Source of the DNA: Synechocystis sp. PCC 6803 substr. PCC-P
Lineage (GTDB): Bacteria > Cyanobacteriota > Cyanobacteriia > Cyanobacteriales > Microcystaceae
DNA: 32,000 nucleotides
NCBI RefSeq assembly: GCF_000284455.1
Contig: NC_017039.1
Location: 1,590,001-1,622,000, forward strand
Reading direction: 5' to 3'
Shown here: piece by piece, positions 9,687 through 20,541 of the stretch
How the letters are laid out: every line of letters starts with the position of its first letter
Numbering within the stretch: position 1 is the first letter of the stretch
The notes under the pieces: generated by a model
The model's input: only the letters and a program-made list of their open reading frames with translations
Database searches by the model: none
What the model was told of the DNA's origin: nothing
Made by a program: the position numbers and the translations under genes

Positions 9687-10811
9687 ATGGATTTTTTGTC
9701 CAATTTCTTGACGGACTTCGTGGGACAATTGCAGTCCCCAACCCTAGCCTTTCTGATTGGGGGGATGGTTATTGCCGCCCTTGGCACCCAATTGGTAATT
9801 CCAGAGGCGATTTCTACGATCATCGTCTTTATGTTGCTCACTAAGATTGGCCTAACCGGGGGCATGGCAATTCGGAACTCCAACTTGACGGAAATGCTCC
9901 TACCCGTGGCATTCTCTGTGATATTGGGAATTCTTATTGTCTTCATCGCCCGTTTTACCCTGGCTAAACTGCCTAACGTCAGAACCGTGGATGCCCTGGC
10001 CACCGGCGGCTTGTTTGGGGCAGTCAGTGGCTCTACAATGGCTGCCGCCCTCACTACGTTGGAAGAATCAAAAATTTCCTACGAAGCCTGGGCTGGTGCT
10101 CTGTATCCCTTTATGGATATTCCTGCCCTGGTAACGGCGATCGTCGTAGCTAATATTTATCTCAATAAGAGAAAACGTAAGTCTGCTGCTGCTAGTATTG
10201 AGGAATCGTTCAGCAAGCAACCCGTTGCCGCCGGGGATTATGGCGACCAAACGGATTATCCTCGTACCCGCCAAGAGTATTTAAGCCAGCAAGAACCGGA
10301 AGATAATCGGGTCAAAATCTGGCCAATTATCGAAGAAAGTTTACAAGGCCCTGCCCTATCAGCCATGTTGTTAGGTCTTGCCCTGGGCATATTTACCAAG
10401 CCGGAAAGTGTCTATGAAGGTTTTTATGATCCTCTTTTTCGAGGACTACTTTCCATCTTGATGCTGATTATGGGCATGGAAGCTTGGTCCAGAATTGGTG
10501 AACTACGTAAAGTAGCTCAATGGTATGTGGTCTATAGCCTAATAGCTCCCATAGTGCACGGGTTTATTGCCTTTGGTCTTGGTATGATTGCCCACTATGC
10601 TACGGGTTTCAGTCTGGGTGGTGTGGTAGTTTTAGCAGTTATCGCCGCTTCTAGCTCTGATATCTCCGGGCCTCCTACCTTGCGAGCAGGTATCCCATCT
10701 GCCAACCCCTCTGCCTATATCGGTTCATCCACCGCCATCGGTACTCCCATTGCCATCGGCGTGTGCATACCGCTTTTCATTGGGCTTGCCCAGACCCTTG
10801 GTGCAGGTTAA
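9687..10811 (+). CDS. sbtA: Sodium-dependent bicarbonate transporter SbtA
   Basis: MDFLSNFLTDFVGQLQSPTLAFLIGGMVIAALGTQL; multi-pass protein of 374 aa with a central hydrophilic loop, followed by sbtB. Confidence 0.95.
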   Translation: MDFLSNFLTDFVGQLQSPTLAFLIGGMVIAALGTQLVIPEAISTIIVFMLLTKIGLTGGMAIRNSNLTEMLLPVAFSVILGILIVFIARFTLAKLPNVRTVDALATGGLFGAVSGSTMAAALTTLEESKISYEAWAGALYPFMDIPALVTAIVVANIYLNKRKRKSAAASIEESFSKQPVAAGDYGDQTDYPRTRQEYLSQQEPEDNRVKIWPIIEESLQGPALSAMLLGLALGIFTKPESVYEGFYDPLFRGLLSILMLIMGMEAWSRIGELRKVAQWYVVYSLIAPIVHGFIAFGLGMIAHYATGFSLGGVVVLAVIAASSSDISGPPTLRAGIPSANPSAYIGSSTAIGTPIAIGVCIPLFIGLAQTLGAG

Positions 10812-10884
10812 TCCCCAATAGTTTATGGTCTGTCAATAATCCCTTGACCTAACAGACCAAAAAGATTAACTTACATACTTCTAG

Positions 10885-11229
<345 letters not shown>

Positions 11230-11509
11230 ATCAACAATAACTAGGCTTGTTTCTATTCCGGCAACCGCATTCCAGGCAAAACTATTCTTGGGCGGTTGCT
11301 TTTTGTTTCTTCAGGGGGCCATGGCCCTATTTCAAATGCTTAGAAAGTCACCATATTTTCAGTACAGCCCAAACTTACCGGGAAAACCTAGATAGAATTG
11401 ATCCCGACTAAAAACAGAGTAAATTTTCAGAAAAATGGGTCTAAAAACCTGTCCTTGTTTAGCTTTAATCCTTGCCCGCACGAAATCTTAGGTTTGACGA
11501 CAAAATAAC

Positions 11510-12433
11510 TCAATTGACCTTGTTGTTACCATCGTACAAAAACCTCGCCCCGGCCCACTGCAGCTTATCCCGTAGAGTTTTGTAAAAGGAATAGCTTTCC
11601 CGTAGGAGGATAAATTGGGCTGCTCGATGGGCCATCCACACCCCCACTCGTTGCCCAGGCCAAACGCCTGTAGCCAGAGAACCGTCGGTCCAAAGTTTAG
11701 TATTTAACTCAAAATCCCCCAGGGGCCAAATGTTTACCGAAGAGCCAGGGGGAATGACAATGGGGCGGCTGGATAAGCTCAGGGGACAAATGGGAGTAAT
11801 GACAATGGCGTCCATGCCAGGGTGCAAGATGGGGCCATTGGCAGAGGATGTATAGCAAGTAGAACCCGTAGGGGTGGCGACCAAAAGACCGTCGCACTGA
11901 TACTGATCAATTAACTCCCCATCCACTTCCACTTCGATGATGGCCGTGGGCATCCGGTCAATACTGGCCGGTTTGATGCACATTTCGTTCAGACAGTAGT
12001 AGGTTTCCCCCACCATCTGGGGATCCCGGCGATCGCCTTCAAATAAACTGGCCGCTAGCATCATGCGTTGGGAAACAGCATAGCGGTCTTGGTTGAGACG
12101 GTCCCACACCTTTTGAGTATCCTGGAACACATCGAATGGTTCCGTCAAAAATCCTAGATGCCCGCCCACGTTAACAGACAAAATGGGAATGCCTTCGGGG
12201 GATAAATGCCTGGCCGCCGCTAGGGTAGTGCCATCTCCCCCTAAAACCAAAGCCAAATCTATTTTTTCTGTGGCGGAAGCCAAAAACACTGGATAGGGAT
12301 TGTCTTTAATGCCACTGGGGCCCATCAGCACCTTACAACCCCTAGCTTCCAGTTCCCTGGCACACCGTTCGGCATAGGTTTTGCTTTCATTGTGCCCGGC
12401 TTTATGGGCAATGATCACCTGTTTCAGTTCCAC
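11510..12433 (-). CDS. nadK: NAD kinase
   Basis: LALVLGGDGTTLAAARHL (GGDG motif), VNVGGHLGFLTE, and LLVATPTGSTCYTSSANGPILHP. Confidence 0.92.
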   Translation of the reverse strand: MELKQVIIAHKAGHNESKTYAERCARELEARGCKVLMGPSGIKDNPYPVFLASATEKIDLALVLGGDGTTLAAARHLSPEGIPILSVNVGGHLGFLTEPFDVFQDTQKVWDRLNQDRYAVSQRMMLAASLFEGDRRDPQMVGETYYCLNEMCIKPASIDRMPTAIIEVEVDGELIDQYQCDGLLVATPTGSTCYTSSANGPILHPGMDAIVITPICPLSLSSRPIVIPPGSSVNIWPLGDFELNTKLWTDGSLATGVWPGQRVGVWMAHRAAQFILLRESYSFYKTLRDKLQWAGARFLYDGNNKVN

Positions 12434-12464
12434 AATGGGGCCTCATAGTGGGGCATGGATTGAA

Positions 12465-13187
12465 CTAGCTTTCGGAACTCTCCGCTGTGGTTACGGGAGC
12501 TTCCTCGATCGCCGGAGTGGTAGAAGCGGCTTGTTTTTCCTTTTTCTTCCGTTCTGCTTCGGCGGCATCTTCCAACACCTTAAGCAGTTGGTCAACTTTT
12601 TCCAGATTACTGCGGTACAGGTCTAAATCCTTGACCACTTTATCGAGGGACAAGTCTAATAGTTCCGACAGCCTGGTGAGATAATCTTGACGTTTTTCGT
12701 CATTGTCCTTCACCTCTGGGTCCTGGTCAGCTAACAGAGTGTAAAGCCCGATGGCAAATAAACGACTGTATTTGAATTTGTGGCGTTGGTGGATCCCCGT
12801 GAGGGTGTTGAGCAGAAGATTATCCCCAGATGCTTGTTCGCTGGCGGCGGCGGTTACCCAGGCATCCAGACCAATGTGATGGGCACTGGCGGCCACATTC
12901 TTGGCATCTTGGCGCACTTGGTCGGGGTTTTGATCCACCCCATGGCAGAGGGCGTTGAAAATGGCCGGTAATTGTTCGGCGGGTTGATAGCCCTGCATGA
13001 AACTATTAAAGGAGGTGACAATGCCTAGGGCAAAAATCGGATCGTAGGTAAAATCAATGTTCACACTGAGCAAATGCATTTCCACCAAGAGTTCTTCGAC
13101 AAAACGCCGGTAGATGGAACTAATGGGACGGCTGTAGTGGGTAAAAAATTTTCGTTTGGCGTCAGAAACAGTGCGAATTTTAGTCAC
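12465..13187 (-). CDS. thf1: Thylakoid formation protein Thf1/Psb29
   Basis: RTVSDAKRKFFTHYSRPISSIYRRFVEELLVEMHLLSVNIDFTYDPIFALGIVTSFNSFMQGYQP. Confidence 0.93.
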   Translation of the reverse strand: MTKIRTVSDAKRKFFTHYSRPISSIYRRFVEELLVEMHLLSVNIDFTYDPIFALGIVTSFNSFMQGYQPAEQLPAIFNALCHGVDQNPDQVRQDAKNVAASAHHIGLDAWVTAAASEQASGDNLLLNTLTGIHQRHKFKYSRLFAIGLYTLLADQDPEVKDNDEKRQDYLTRLSELLDLSLDKVVKDLDLYRSNLEKVDQLLKVLEDAAEAERKKKEKQAASTTPAIEEAPVTTAESSES

Positions 13188-13320
13188 AGGGCCGATTACA
13201 AAGGGGGGGATAGTTCCCTACATTTTCCCTTGTTAAGCGGCCTTTGCCAACCTGAACCCTTGCTGGGGGAAGTGCGATCCCCGGGCATTGCTAGAATGGG
13301 ACAGTCTTAGGGAACAGACC

Positions 13321-13491
13321 ATGCCAGACTTCCAGGCATTTATCGCCATCATTACCACCATCTTGGTGTTTGCCATCGGAGTAGCCCTCAAATATGAAAC
13401 CATCTACTTCAAAAACTACGAACTCTCCATCCCCCAATGGGCCGGCCTCAGCTTCGCCGGGTTTACTTTCACGTTTGTGGTCTTGGATTAA
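13321..13491 (+). CDS. Small membrane protein (56 aa)
   Basis: MPDFQAFIAIITTILVFAIGVALKYETIYFKNYELSIPQWAGLSFAGFTFTFVVLD*, with hydrophobic segments; the ATG follows a short leader. Confidence 0.5.
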   Translation: MPDFQAFIAIITTILVFAIGVALKYETIYFKNYELSIPQWAGLSFAGFTFTFVVLD

Positions 13492-13717
13492 ATCCTACGG
13501 GGGTTTGTCCGACTTGAGGAACTACAACGCAGAAATGAAGAAATACAACGAAGAAATGAGGAAGCTAGAGAACGAAAAGCAGACGCGGCACGAGCAAAGG
13601 ATGAAAGAGCTGAGGCGGCAGAACGAGAAACTCGCCGAACTAGAATCGAAACTCGATATCGTACTACGATCGCCAGATTCCAACTGGACCCCAGCCAACT
13701 CCACCGAAGACAGTTAG
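13394..13717 (+). CDS. Coiled-coil hypothetical ORF; start uncertain, possibly a separate small gene or frameshifted continuation of the preceding ORF
   Basis: Charged repetitive segment NYNAEMKKYNEEMRKLENEKQTRHEQRMKELRRQNEKLAELESKLDIVL. Its first part overlaps 13321..13491, so the true start is probably later. Confidence 0.35.
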   Translation: MKPSTSKTTNSPSPNGPASASPGLLSRLWSWIKSYGGLSDLRNYNAEMKKYNEEMRKLENEKQTRHEQRMKELRRQNEKLAELESKLDIVLRSPDSNWTPANSTEDS

Positions 13718-13890
13718 CGGATATTATCGCCCTATTGGAAGAGTACCGAGATACGCTGTGAAATTGTTTGACACTAAACTTTTGTCAGAGCCGCGGGATC
13801 TAATTTTGGCTGTATCCCTACCGAGAATATGCCCCATGGCTTAGGCTAATTGGTGAGAAAGTTGTTCAGAATTCACGGGCAAAGTATTTA

Positions 13891-15315
13891 ATGGTGTCTC
13901 CCATCTCTATCTGGCGATCGCTGATGTTTGGCGGTTTTTCCCCCCAGGAATGGGGCCGGGGCAGTGTGCTCCATCGTTTGGTGGGCTGGGGACAGAGTTG
14001 GATACAGGCTAGTGTGCTCTGGCCCCACTTCGAGGCATTGGGTACGGCTCTAGTGGCAATAATTTTTATTGCGGCTCCCTTCACCTCCACCACCATGTTG
14101 GGCATTTTTATGCTGCTCTGTGGAGCCTTTTGGGCTCTGCTGACCTTTGCTGATCAACCAGGGAAGGGTTTGACTCCCATCCATGTTTTAGTTTTTGCCT
14201 ACTGGTGCATTTCGGCGATCGCCGTGGGATTTTCTCCGGTAAAAATGGCGGCGGCGTCGGGGTTAGCGAAATTAACAGCTAATTTATGTCTGTTTCTACT
14301 GGCGGCGAGGTTATTGCAAAACAAACAATGGTTGAACCGGTTAGTAACCGTTGTTTTACTGGTAGGGCTATTGGTGGGGAGTTACGGTCTGCGACAACAG
14401 GTGGACGGGGTAGAACAGTTAGCCACTTGGAATGACCCCACCTCTACCTTGGCCCAGGCCACTAGGGTATATAGCTTTTTAGGTAATCCCAATCTCTTGG
14501 CGGCTTACCTGGTGCCCATGACGGGTTTGAGCTTGAGTGCCCTGGTGGTATGGCGACGGTGGTGGCCCAAACTGCTGGGAGCAACCATGGTGATTGTTAA
14601 CCTACTCTGTCTCTTTTTTACCCAGAGCCGGGGCGGTTGGCTAGCAGTGCTGGCCCTGGGAGCTACCTTCCTGGCCCTTTGTTACTTCTGGTGGTTACCC
14701 CAATTACCCAAATTTTGGCAACGGTGGTCTTTGCCCCTGGCGATCGCCGTGGCGGTTATATTAGGTGGGGGAGCGTTGATTGCGGTGGAACCGATTCGAC
14801 TCAGGGCCATGAGCATTTTTGCTGGGCGGGAAGACAGCAGTAATAATTTCCGCATCAATGTTTGGGAAGGGGTAAAAGCCATGATCCGAGCCCGCCCTAT
14901 CATTGGCATTGGCCCAGGTAACGAAGCCTTTAACCAAATTTATCCTTACTATATGCGGCCCCGCTTCACCGCCCTGAGTGCCTATTCCATTTACCTAGAA
15001 ATTTTGGTGGAAACGGGTGTAGTTGGTTTTACCTGTATGCTCTGGCTGTTGGCCGTTACCCTAGGCAAAGGCGTAGAACTGGTTAAACGCTGTCGCCAAA
15101 CCCTCGCCCCGGAAGGCATCTGGATTATGGGGGCTTTAGCGGCGATCATCGGTTTGTTGGTCCACGGCATGGTAGATACAGTCTGGTACCGTCCCCCGGT
15201 GAGCACTTTGTGGTGGTTGCTAGTGGCCATTGTTGCTAGTCAGTGGGCCAGCGCCCAGGCCCGTTTGGAGGCCAGTAAAGAAGAAAATGAGGACAAACCT
15301 CTTCTTGCTTCATAA
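13891..15315 (+). CDS. ictB: IctB, O-antigen ligase/polymerase-like membrane protein
   Basis: 474 aa multi-TM protein with O-antigen-ligase type segments TRVYSFLGNPNLLAAYLVPMTGLSL, FTQSRGGWLAVL, and IIGIGPGNEAFNQIYPYYMRPRFTALSAYSIYLEILVETG. Confidence 0.9.
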   Translation: MVSPISIWRSLMFGGFSPQEWGRGSVLHRLVGWGQSWIQASVLWPHFEALGTALVAIIFIAAPFTSTTMLGIFMLLCGAFWALLTFADQPGKGLTPIHVLVFAYWCISAIAVGFSPVKMAAASGLAKLTANLCLFLLAARLLQNKQWLNRLVTVVLLVGLLVGSYGLRQQVDGVEQLATWNDPTSTLAQATRVYSFLGNPNLLAAYLVPMTGLSLSALVVWRRWWPKLLGATMVIVNLLCLFFTQSRGGWLAVLALGATFLALCYFWWLPQLPKFWQRWSLPLAIAVAVILGGGALIAVEPIRLRAMSIFAGREDSSNNFRINVWEGVKAMIRARPIIGIGPGNEAFNQIYPYYMRPRFTALSAYSIYLEILVETGVVGFTCMLWLLAVTLGKGVELVKRCRQTLAPEGIWIMGALAAIIGLLVHGMVDTVWYRPPVSTLWWLLVAIVASQWASAQARLEASKEENEDKPLLAS

Positions 15316-15388
15316 GAGCCAATGGCAATAACTTGGCCAGCCAGACTTAACCTTTGCCCTTTTTGAAAATTTGTCAGGAGTCATAACC

Positions 15389-15673
15389 ATGGCGATCGGA
15401 GAGCAAACCCATCCCCAAGCAAGTAAAGACCAGGCCATTGTCGATCGCCTCTTGCAGTCCCCCGCCGATACTCCCCACCTGCTCTCCTTGGCAAGGCTGA
15501 GAATCCGTTACAAAAATTTTCCCGGGGCCAGGAGTTTACAGCGAGATTTGGACACCGTGCTTCAACAATGGCATCTGACTGAAGAAGAACTCTTTGCCCA
15601 AACTAGAGCCCTCTATGCCAGCGGTGCGGCCCATGCCAAACAGAGTACCGAGGAGCAACAGGACTGGAGCTAG
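15389..15673 (+). CDS. DUF3288-like small conserved cyanobacterial protein
   Basis: MAIGEQTHPQASKDQAIVDRLLQSPADTPHLLSLARLRIRYKNFPGARSLQRDLDTVLQQWHLTEEELFAQTR. A CAGGAG Shine-Dalgarno-like sequence precedes the ATG at 15389. Confidence 0.75.
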   Translation: MAIGEQTHPQASKDQAIVDRLLQSPADTPHLLSLARLRIRYKNFPGARSLQRDLDTVLQQWHLTEEELFAQTRALYASGAAHAKQSTEEQQDWS

Positions 15674-16380
15674 CTCTCGTTAATCCATTGCCCCAACTAG
15701 GCTGAGATGATTTTCCGGGTGGAACCCTCGAGTGTGCCGATGTCGACCTCCACCATAGGCATTGAAGTTAATCTATGGTCAAGCTTTTTAGCAAGTATTA
15801 ATCCCTACTATTGGTGCGATAAGCAATGCCAAAGCCAAAACCAGAGATTTTCCCCTATGCTTGAAGCAACATCTCCCGTTACAAAAATTAACTAAATGTC
15901 TAATTTGATTGCTGTTGCTTTCTGTGGCTACTTTGCCCTGTTGATCATTCTCTTCTCTGCCAAAAACTTTCTCGTCAAGGACAAAACCAGTCTTAATCTT
16001 CCCGAGTAGATCTTTCAAATGACAACAATGGGAATTAGGTCGTTGTAATCCTGTTTGCCTAAAGTCCTAGCTAGACTAACCCAAATCAAAGTAGGTCAAA
16101 ACGAGCCTATTAAGCGGGTGGGCTTGAAATGGGCGATAGCAATGTTTCCCGTTGAATTGTTAAGTAGCTCCGAGAGATTAACAAGGGATTAAAAAACTGT
16201 CAGGCTTGGTTGGCGGCGATGATTACCAAGGCTTTGTCGCTCTTTTTCTTGCCCATGGCCACCGGCAATATTTTGTCTTTTGTGCGGTTCTCCACCGGAT
16301 TACCGACCTTTTAACCGAGGAAACTTTAGGGTAAAGTGAGAGCCATGGAATCCCCTATTGAGTAGAGAATTTAAATTTAA

Positions 16381-16980
16381 ATGGCTTACGCACTACCTAA
16401 CTTACCTTACGACTACACCGCTCTGGAACCCTGCATTTCCAAAAGCACCCTGGAGTTCCATCACGACAAACACCATGCCGCCTACGTTAACAATTTCAAC
16501 AATGCAGTGGCGGGTACTGATTTAGATAATCAATCCATTGAAGACGTAATTAAAGCCGTTGCTGGCGATGCTAGCAAAGCCGGTATTTTCAACAACGCCG
16601 CCCAAGCTTGGAACCATAGTTTCTACTGGAATTGCATGAAGCCCGGTGGTGGTGGCCAGCCCTCTGGTGCCTTGGCGGACAAAATCAACGCTGACTTTGG
16701 TAGCTTTGACGCTTTCGTGGAAGCTTTCAAACAAGCTGGAGCCACCCAATTCGGTAGCGGCTGGGCTTGGTTGGTGTTAGACAATGGCACTTTGAAAGTG
16801 ACCAAAACCGGCAACGCCGAAAACCCCATGACCGCCGGTCAAACTCCTTTGCTGACCATGGACGTATGGGAGCATGCTTACTATTTAGACTATCAAAACC
16901 GTCGTCCCGATTACATTGCCGATTTCCTCGGTAAGTTGGTCAACTGGGACTTTGTGGCGGCTAACTTAGCAGCGGCCTAG
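16381..16980 (+). CDS. sodB: Iron superoxide dismutase
   Basis: YDYTALEPCISKSTLEFHHDKHHAAYVNNFN, NNAAQAWNHSFYWNCMKP, LLTMDVWEHAYYLDYQNRRPDYI. Confidence 0.97.
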   Translation: MAYALPNLPYDYTALEPCISKSTLEFHHDKHHAAYVNNFNNAVAGTDLDNQSIEDVIKAVAGDASKAGIFNNAAQAWNHSFYWNCMKPGGGGQPSGALADKINADFGSFDAFVEAFKQAGATQFGSGWAWLVLDNGTLKVTKTGNAENPMTAGQTPLLTMDVWEHAYYLDYQNRRPDYIADFLGKLVNWDFVAANLAAA

Positions 16981-17259
16981 TTTTTGCCATCAATTCCAAG
17001 AAAGCTCTTTAAAAACTCTCTTTGCTCCCCAGAGTTGGGCAAAATCGGAGTTAATCTAGACGTTTTCTTCACTTTATGTACCCTTTCCCTAAATTATTGG
17101 GGGAAGGGTATTTGCTGGGAGGTGGGAGGCGATCGCCAGTGGCTGAAGTTTCTAATCTGCGTCCCCAATCCACTACACTGGGGAAGCTTGTGGAATCCAT
17201 TCCCAAAGCCCGTTTAAATTTACTTATTTGATCAAAGTTTTTTCAGTTCTTCCACTACC

Positions 17260-18348
17260 ATGTCCCAGACCTATAACGTAACCCTGCTCCCCGGTGATGG
17301 CATTGGCCCCGAAATTATGGCGGTGGCGGTGGCGGTGTTAGGCAAAGTGGCCGACCAGTTTGGCTTTGCGTTTAATTTTCAAGAGGCTTTAATTGGCGGA
17401 GCGGCCATTGATGCCACAGGGCAACCCCTACCGGAGGCAACCCTAGCCCAAGCAAAGGATAGTGATGCGGTACTCTTAGCGGCGATCGGGGGTTATGCCT
17501 GGGACAATTTACCCCGTTCTCAAAGGCCGGAAACTGGTTTGCTTGCCATTCGGGAAGGGTTGGGGCTATTTGCCAATTTACGTCCTGCGACGATCTTCCC
17601 CCAATTGATTGACGCTTCCAGCCTGAAACGGGAAGTGGTGGAAGGGGTGGATATTATGGTGGTGCGGGAACTAACCGGCGGCATTTATTTTGGTAAACCG
17701 AAGGGTATTTTCGAGACGGAAACGGGGGAAAAACGGGGGGTCAATACCATGGCTTACACCGTGGGAGAAATTGACCGCATTGCTAAGGTTGCTTTTGAAA
17801 CGGCTCGTAAACGACGCGGGCAACTCTGTTCAGTGGATAAGGCTAACGTATTAGATGTGTCCCAACTGTGGCGGGATCGGGTCATGGCGATCGCCGTAGA
17901 TTATCCCGATGTGGAACTGTCCCATTTATATGTGGATAATGCGGCCATGCAATTGGTGCGGAGTCCCAGACAATTTGACACCATTGTGACGGGCAATTTA
18001 TTTGGTGATATTCTTTCCGACATTGCCGCCATGTTAACCGGCAGTATTGGCATGTTACCCTCCGCCAGTTTGGGCAGTGATGGCCCTGGGTTATTTGAGC
18101 CCGTCCACGGTTCCGCCCCGGATATTGCCGGCCAGGATAAAGCTAACCCCCTAGCCCAGGTGCTCAGTGCCGCCATGATGTTGCGCTACGGTTTGGATCA
18201 ACCCCAGGCGGCCGATCGCCTTGAGGATGCAGTGAAAAAAGTTTTAGAACAGGGTTACCGCACCGGTGATATTCTTTCTCCTGGCACACAATTGGTGGGC
18301 TGTCGGCAAATGGGAGAGCAATTGTTGAGCATCCTAGATGAAATGTAA
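17260..18348 (+). CDS. leuB: 3-isopropylmalate dehydrogenase
   Basis: [60 protein letters not shown], and [21 protein letters not shown]. Confidence 0.97.
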   Translation: MSQTYNVTLLPGDGIGPEIMAVAVAVLGKVADQFGFAFNFQEALIGGAAIDATGQPLPEATLAQAKDSDAVLLAAIGGYAWDNLPRSQRPETGLLAIREGLGLFANLRPATIFPQLIDASSLKREVVEGVDIMVVRELTGGIYFGKPKGIFETETGEKRGVNTMAYTVGEIDRIAKVAFETARKRRGQLCSVDKANVLDVSQLWRDRVMAIAVDYPDVELSHLYVDNAAMQLVRSPRQFDTIVTGNLFGDILSDIAAMLTGSIGMLPSASLGSDGPGLFEPVHGSAPDIAGQDKANPLAQVLSAAMMLRYGLDQPQAADRLEDAVKKVLEQGYRTGDILSPGTQLVGCRQMGEQLLSILDEM

Positions 18349-18566
18349 CGACCATTGCCCTTGGCTAAAAACTAGACAAACTCTGCCCTATTAATTTCCC
18401 CACGGCCAGGCGGTTCGGGTCAAATTAGATCTTGGTCGGATAACTAAGAATCTTCTGGGGTGGCCCTTACGTCAAACCCTATTGTTATTTATGATGATGG
18501 CTAACCTGGCTGACATTTTTCGGTCAATGGCTACAACACATATGCGTCCTGAGTGGGGAGTTTGTT

Positions 18567-18833
18567 ATGGTTTTTATTCCTGATGAGAGCGATTTTGATG
18601 TGGAGTACAGGAGCGTACCCATGCCCCTAGACCCCAAAATGTTGCGGATGGCCCGACGCATTTATCGCAGTTACCGCATGCTCCACCCCCGATCCCAAAA
18701 GCAGCCTCTGGGCATTGCTATCCATAAAGAAACCCACCGGGGTCAACTGATGTTCAATCGTCAGCCAGTGCTGTTGCCAGGGGAATGTTTCGTACCCTTA
18801 AACCAACTGGAAGCGGAAGCCCAGGTAGTTTGA
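18567..18833 (+). CDS. Hypothetical protein (88 aa)
   Basis: Open frame MVFIPDESDFDVEYRSVPMPLDPKMLRMARRIYRSYRMLHPRSQ.... Same strand as flanking genes, ending just upstream of menA. Confidence 0.55.
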   Translation: MVFIPDESDFDVEYRSVPMPLDPKMLRMARRIYRSYRMLHPRSQKQPLGIAIHKETHRGQLMFNRQPVLLPGECFVPLNQLEAEAQVV

Positions 18834-18853
18834 ACTAGCTTCATCCCTCTGTT

Positions 18854-19777
18854 ATGACCGAATCTTCGCCCCTAGCACCATCGACGGCCCCGGCAACCCG
18901 CAAACTTTGGTTAGCGGCCATTAAGCCCCCCATGTACACGGTGGCAGTGGTGCCCATTACCGTTGGTTCGGCGGTGGCCTATGGCCTTACTGGGCAGTGG
19001 CATGGTGATGTTTTTACCATCTTTTTGCTGTCGGCGATCGCCATTATCGCTTGGATTAACCTGAGCAATGATGTGTTTGACAGTGACACGGGCATTGATG
19101 TGCGTAAAGCCCATTCGGTGGTTAATTTGACCGGCAATCGCAATCTAGTTTTTTTAATTAGTAACTTTTTCTTGCTAGCTGGTGTGCTGGGGCTAATGAG
19201 CATGAGCTGGCGAGCCCAGGATTGGACAGTGTTGGAGTTAATTGGGGTGGCCATATTTTTGGGCTACACCTACCAAGGGCCCCCTTTTCGCCTCGGCTAC
19301 CTAGGATTGGGGGAATTGATTTGTTTAATTACCTTTGGCCCCCTGGCGATCGCCGCCGCCTATTATTCCCAGAGCCAAAGTTTTAGCTGGAATTTGCTTA
19401 CGCCTAGCGTTTTTGTGGGCATCAGCACGGCGATTATTCTTTTTTGCTCCCACTTCCACCAGGTAGAAGATGACCTGGCCGCCGGCAAAAAATCCCCCAT
19501 TGTTCGTTTAGGCACCAAGTTGGGGTCCCAGGTTTTAACCCTGTCGGTTGTTAGTCTTTATCTAATTACGGCGATCGGCGTTTTGTGTCATCAGGCTCCA
19601 TGGCAAACGTTACTGATAATTGCCAGTCTGCCCTGGGCAGTGCAATTAATTCGCCATGTGGGGCAATATCATGACCAGCCGGAGCAAGTCAGTAACTGTA
19701 AATTTATTGCTGTTAATTTACATTTCTTCAGCGGCATGTTAATGGCTGCGGGCTATGGCTGGGCTGGCCTGGGCTAA
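18854..19777 (+). CDS. menA: 1,4-dihydroxy-2-naphthoate phytyl/prenyltransferase (UbiA family)
   Basis: AAIKPPMYTVAVVPITVGSAVAY, NLSNDVFDSDTGIDVRKAHSVVN, and GYTYQGPPFRLGYLGLGELICLITFGPLAIAAAYY. Confidence 0.92.
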   Translation: MTESSPLAPSTAPATRKLWLAAIKPPMYTVAVVPITVGSAVAYGLTGQWHGDVFTIFLLSAIAIIAWINLSNDVFDSDTGIDVRKAHSVVNLTGNRNLVFLISNFFLLAGVLGLMSMSWRAQDWTVLELIGVAIFLGYTYQGPPFRLGYLGLGELICLITFGPLAIAAAYYSQSQSFSWNLLTPSVFVGISTAIILFCSHFHQVEDDLAAGKKSPIVRLGTKLGSQVLTLSVVSLYLITAIGVLCHQAPWQTLLIIASLPWAVQLIRHVGQYHDQPEQVSNCKFIAVNLHFFSGMLMAAGYGWAGLG

Positions 19778-19802
19778 GGACTACCACCGCCAGTGGGTTA
19801 AG

Positions 19803-20492
19803 ATGAATTACATTATGAGCAATGGTTTGTCCCCTACCCCCATCAACGCCCCAGGCTGGTTAAACAGTGGGGTTGCTAGTCTTTTGGTCAATGGCCATGT
19901 TCCCCAAGGCTTAGAACTGACCAATCAAAATTTGGCTGGGTTAGTGTTTCCCCATGGGGACCTCAGCCAGGTCGCCTTGATCGGCTGTGATTTACGCTTT
20001 GCCAATCTGGAAGGGGCGGATTTGACGGATGCCAATTTGATTGCTGCCAGTCTGCACAAAAGCAATTTGCGTCGGGCTAACCTCTGTCGGGCCACCCTCA
20101 ATCGCTGCAATTTGAGTGAGGCGGATCTAACTGAAAGTGATGCTAACGAAGCCCTTTTTTGTCAGGCTGTTTTTACCGAAGTGGAAGCCCACGGCTTAAG
20201 ACTTTACCGAGCTAAGGTCAGCCAAGCCCAATTAATGGGAGCCCATCTCCACCAAGCCTATGCTCCGGAGGCAGATTTTAGTGCGGTGGCGGCGATCGCC
20301 GTTGATTTGCGCTGGGCTAATTTAAGAAAGACTAATTTTCGGGGGGCGGATTTACGCTATGGCAATTTTCGGGGGGCGAATCTAACCCAGGCGGATTTTA
20401 CCGGGGCCAACCTGAAAGGAGCTAATTTACGGGGGGCAAACTTAGTGGGCACTAACCTGCAACGGGCCGACCTCAGTGATGTTACTTGGTAG
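19803..20492 (+). CDS. Pentapeptide-repeat protein
   Basis: Tandem A(D/N)Lxx repeats, e.g. CDLRFANLEGADLTDANLIAASL and ADLRYGNFRGANLTQADFTGANLKGANLRGANLVGTNLQRADLSD. The start codon is uncertain; the track start is 19755. Confidence 0.88.
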   Translation: MNYIMSNGLSPTPINAPGWLNSGVASLLVNGHVPQGLELTNQNLAGLVFPHGDLSQVALIGCDLRFANLEGADLTDANLIAASLHKSNLRRANLCRATLNRCNLSEADLTESDANEALFCQAVFTEVEAHGLRLYRAKVSQAQLMGAHLHQAYAPEADFSAVAAIAVDLRWANLRKTNFRGADLRYGNFRGANLTQADFTGANLKGANLRGANLVGTNLQRADLSDVTW

Positions 20493-20541
20493 ATGAAAAG
20501 ATTTTGATCTCAACTCTGATAAAAACAATAAAAACTGACCT

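Noticed and set aside
9581-9844. 87-aa ORF overlapping the sbtA start
   Set aside because: Out-of-frame with the confident sbtA N-terminus and lacks recognisable features.
15788-16018. 76-aa minus-strand ORF between the DUF3288-like gene and sodB
   Set aside because: Could be a small gene, but I see no recognisable family, no clear ribosome-binding site, and it overlaps a competing plus-strand ORF; not called without homology evidence.
20182-20492. Periodic GGGGCGAA/GCTAATTTA-like repeats, first considered as a DNA repeat array
   Set aside because: The periodicity is explained by pentapeptide-repeat coding; no constant repeats with unique spacers, so not CRISPR.
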